A stretch of 64,000 bases of DNA from Callorhinchus milii (Eukaryota). The translations under genes and the position numbers were made by a program. Where the stretch lies: assembly GCF_018977255.1 (NCBI RefSeq), contig NW_024704742.1:40612001-40676000 (forward strand), given 5' to 3'. Within the stretch, counting starts at the first letter, position 1. Each line of letters starts with the position of its first letter. Positions 60,486 to 64,000 of this stretch are shown here, piece by piece. The notes under the pieces are model-generated. The model made no database searches. It was not told the origin of the DNA and was given only the letters and a program-made list of their open reading frames with translations.

Positions 60486-61152
60486 GTAAGAAACGTTTGC
60501 TCATTTCTCAGGTGTGAAACTGCATTGGAGTTTTATCTTTTTATCCTGGAGATGCTGTGCTTCCAAGGTTTAATTATCCTGGGCACTGAATTCTGTCCAG
60601 TACAAGGGAATTGTGTTCAGGTGGAACAGTAAAACTACAGGGAACATTGTTTTCAACGTGCTTTTCGTGAGGATGTTTTCCCCATTGTTGCTAAATGTAC
60701 TAGACTAACTGTACTAACCCCTTCTAAACTCAGAGTAATTACCAACCAACAAAGAATAAGGTCTGTCAACAAGAACAACAACAAATTACATTTTTATAGC
60801 GCCTTTCACATGAGGAGGGCGTCCCAAGGCGCTGGACAGTCAAGGTCCAAATCATTACCCCACTGACTTATGGAGGAAATCAGTCACTGCACTTAATAGC
60901 AATTATCTCTAAAGTGCTTTGAGACTTTTTACATTATTGGTGCTACATGGAATGTAACAATTATTATTACTCCGGTAAATAATTTTGCTCAATGCAGCCT
61001 GTGGCACAATCCCCAACACAGAAATATACAGAGCTGATAAAGGATCCAGCTCAATAAATCAGATTAATATGACATTGTATGAAACCGGATTTAACTTTTA
61101 CTTCTGTCCTTGAGGCTCAGCTTTTGCATGTCCATGTAGTGAAGAATAAATT

Positions 61153-61912
61153 TGTTGGGTTCCTTCTACCATAATTGGATCCTCGCCATTAACCAATAAA
61201 GGTCTGAACACAGAGTTGTACAATCGAGACCGTTTATTCAACAATGTAACAGAAATATACTACCAGACGAGCAGTCTTACCTGATGACCAGCTCTTGGCT
61301 CAGCAACCTGTAGTTCTTATTCTGTGGAGCTCAACTTTCCCTTGTGTGTCTGTTGTATTCATACCCAGCTAATTGGTGTACTCGTGATCTGCTCGTGATG
61401 GTACTTTTCCACTAACCTATGTGCCCTGCTGAGACTCCTTTTCCTCCTTATCTTGTTCCTTTGCTCACCCTCACTTTTCTTCCTTATAATAATCCTTGCA
61501 TTTGATATAGCGCTTTTCACGTCGGGAGGACGTCCCAAAGCACTTCACAGAATATACTGTAAAGTGAATTGACTGTATATTTGTGGGCGAACGCGGCAGC
61601 CAATTGTGCACAGCAATGTCCCACAAACAGTCGTAGATTGAAAATGACCAATTTATTATTGTCTTTGGTTTTGGTGGGATTATTATTAGGCTCTGTGTGG
61701 AGTAAGGAAACTTGCCCAAGGTTTCACCCTGACCTGCCTGGAATTGAACTCAGGTCTCTCGCTTGCAAGGCGAGTGCTCTAACCACTGAGCTACAGGACT
61801 CCACAAACCAGTACGTTTGCATAACTTGCATTCCAGTGGTGTCTGTCAGGCTTTCCACCCACAGACAGCTTCATATAAGTCTTACTCCTGTCAACTATTT
61901 TCTATACTAACA
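61153..61912 (-). mobile_element. Putative 3' LTR (about 440 bp net) split by the SINE at 61486-61804
   Basis: Minus strand reads TGTTAG...CCCAACA, preceded by PPT-like caagatggggac; TATA-like gggtatgaata at about 61355-61366; AATAAA at 61233-61238. Confidence 0.7.
61486..61804 (-). mobile_element. tRNA-Ala SINE, young short subfamily, full length
   Basis: Complete head (ctcgcctTGCaagcgag) through to the tail. Confidence 0.92.
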
Positions 61913-63934
61913 GTCCCCATCTTGAGAGTGAGAAAATAAGATTTTCAATCTCTCATTTTATCTATGATTTATTACGCTAGCTAACTGGTCAGATTGCACT
62001 CGTGTAGCTCTTAATAGGAGCGCAAATAACAGAAAGACACAATCATTGTAAATAAAATTATGGCTTCAGTGATCACAAAAGCATAAGACATGAATAATAA
62101 AGTTTAGTGCAATTAATTAATCAGATTGATACAGTGGCTGTGATTAGGAATCAACTTGTTAATGTGGTTCTATCAATGTTGATTGTAGAATATCTCTTCT
62201 TAAGATCGGTTAGACTTGTCTTCTTCGTTCCCAAATTTAGAACTTTTTAGTCACGTTGCCAAGTCAGCAGTGAGACCTTCAACAGCTTGTTTTTGCCATT
62301 CATTGTAGGGTTAAAAATATATCCATCAAGGTTGGTATTCTCCTTTTGTTCTTGGCAACCTTTATGTACTGATGTTACCATTGTCCTTGAGAGTCCATAG
62401 AATCAGTTCTATTTCAGCAAAACAAGTCCATGAGTCTTCGCGATATCCTTTTTGGTCAACTTAAGACAAACCAGAATTCTGGGTTTGCGAAATGTCTAGT
62501 CCCCACCTCGAGTGGGTGAAGCTGACAACACAGCCCATGATCACCATCAGCATCTTCACGATTCCCTTTTACTTCAGCCACCACATCATTCCTTTCAACT
62601 AATATTAGCATCATTCCTTTCAACTAATAATTACAGCACATCATTATTAATAATAACATGATTAACAAATAGTATGGCCACAGAAATTTTAAATATTATT
62701 TCAGTGGATGTTCTCTCTATCCTTTCCTTCTGGCTTTGAGCATTACTGAAATACTGGAATAGACAAAGTAAACGTTACATAAAATAAATCAGAACAATGA
62801 CATTCTTAATACTATCACTTCTTCTTGAACTGTCACAGTGTTTACCCATCGACCCCATAACCGCACGCTCTACCAACGCATACAAAACCTGCTCGGTTGC
62901 CAATGTAGACCCTATCCTCTGTGCAGGTATTGGCCGCTGTTGTAAAGTAGACGATTGATTGGGTTGTATTTGTCCACTCATCTCCCCCCCAAGTCGGTCG
63001 AGCTGAAATTGAATGTGAAGACCAGCTTTATGGGTGGGAGGATAAGCAAAGTATGTCGTCCTAGAAGAAGTTGCTGGAAGGAAATCGACCTCCATAGGGT
63101 GTAACGAGCCATTGTCAATATCTGTAGGAACCAAATCACAAAGTGAATTCTCCCGTTTCTTTAAACATTTTAGTTGGTTAATATGATTGCAGTAAAGTTG
63201 GGGACCATCATGTGAAGTGGGAATAGAAATTTGATCTATTTGTGCTACTGTCTCAAAATACTTGCACTACTAGCTTTACCAGGGATTCAATTGTAGCTTG
63301 GACATGATCATTGATTGTAAAAACAGTTTCACTTTATGTGGAAACCAAAGAGTTTTCTCTCTGATCATCAGCCTGTATTGATCAGCATGAAACAGTGAGT
63401 GTGCTCACAGTCAGTGGCTACAGTCAGTGATTTTTAAAGTTGCCGTGCTGTATAAATTTATTTTCTCTTTTTTTTCAATGAACCCATCCTCTCTCTCTCT
63501 CTCAACTTTTGTTAATCTCTTTATTTGAGAGATCAGCATTTTGAACTTTCTTGACACCTCACAAGTATCAAGGAGACTAAACTGTTTGAGGGCTTTCAGA
63601 TAAGCCAATACGTCATCTCCCTGTCTGGTCTGGAGGCATATCGTTGAGACACAAGGATCTATACGTTGCTCAGTCAGTTGTCTCATTGCTTTTAACTCCT
63701 TCTGTAATCTTTCAAATTTAGAAGTAACTATTTGTCCCAATCTTTCTTCCAAATTGTTCAATTTTACCAAAGGCCTTGAACGCTTTTAATATTGAATGCA
63801 CAGTCTTTCCCAAAAGGCCTCAAACCTTTTACAGCTGGCCTCGAACCACACAATTAGCGCAATTATTCAACAAAACAAATTTTAACCCTGCTGGCCTCGA
63901 ACCACACAACTTTCACAACGGCCTCGAACCTTTT
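61913..63934 (-). mobile_element. ERV-like internal region with decayed gag-like frames and leader repeats
   Basis: Minus-strand open frames 63770-63411 and about 63265-62775; (L)GQIVTSK at 63740; GGTTCGAGGCC-type repeats at 63771-63934; adjoins the PPT and LTR. Confidence 0.6.
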
Positions 63935-64000
63935 ATAATAATAATAATAATAATAATTCTTGCATTTGATAAGAGCGCTTTTCATGTCTTCTAGGCGTCT
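63935..64000 (-). mobile_element. tRNA SINE tail, cut by the window end
   Basis: (ata)n-ttcttgcatttgataagagcgcttttca. Confidence 0.85.

Noticed and set aside
61735..61804. tRNA-Ala(TGC)-like sequence (also about 620-690, 30660-30728, 50940-51009, 57165-57235)
   Set aside because: These are SINE heads: no proper acceptor stem, and they continue into the SINE body.
614..61910. Recurrent short ORFs such as [23 protein letters not shown] and [14 protein letters not shown]
   Set aside because: They are translations of the same non-coding SINE in different frames, not a peptide family.
63771..63934. Repeat-spacer pattern as a CRISPR array
   Set aside because: Repeats are short, unevenly spaced and variable; there are no cas genes; the context is a vertebrate intron.

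Overview
AT-rich vertebrate genomic DNA, not prokaryotic. The repeat content (Deu-domain SINEs, an abundant tRNA-Ala SINE with an L2 tail, L2, CR1 and Penelope remnants) points to a cartilaginous fish, probably a chimaera such as Callorhinchus; this is an inference. Two + strand genes lie in the same order as in human. C1QTNF7/CTRP7 has two coding exons (2048-2297 and 14106-14737) encoding 293 aa. The 5' part of CC2D2A has 22 phase-consistent GT-AG coding exons from 24428 to 60485, giving 969 codons, and continues past the window. The introns are full of nested retroposons. The most notable non-genic structures are: an antisense ERV-like LTR element at the right end; a 417-bp MITE with 93-bp TIRs and a 7-bp target duplication; an unassigned A-tailed repeat family with about 11 fragments; a chimeric tRNA/CORE-like/Deu/L2 SINE whose young subfamily carries an internal complement of its own tail; a locally templated inverted insertion; and a possible hammerhead remnant split by SINEs. 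I found no CRISPR array, rRNA or true tRNA gene, and cannot demonstrate a new multi-gene system. Repeat boundaries were read by eye and are approximate. Homology statements come from recalled sequences, not from searches.
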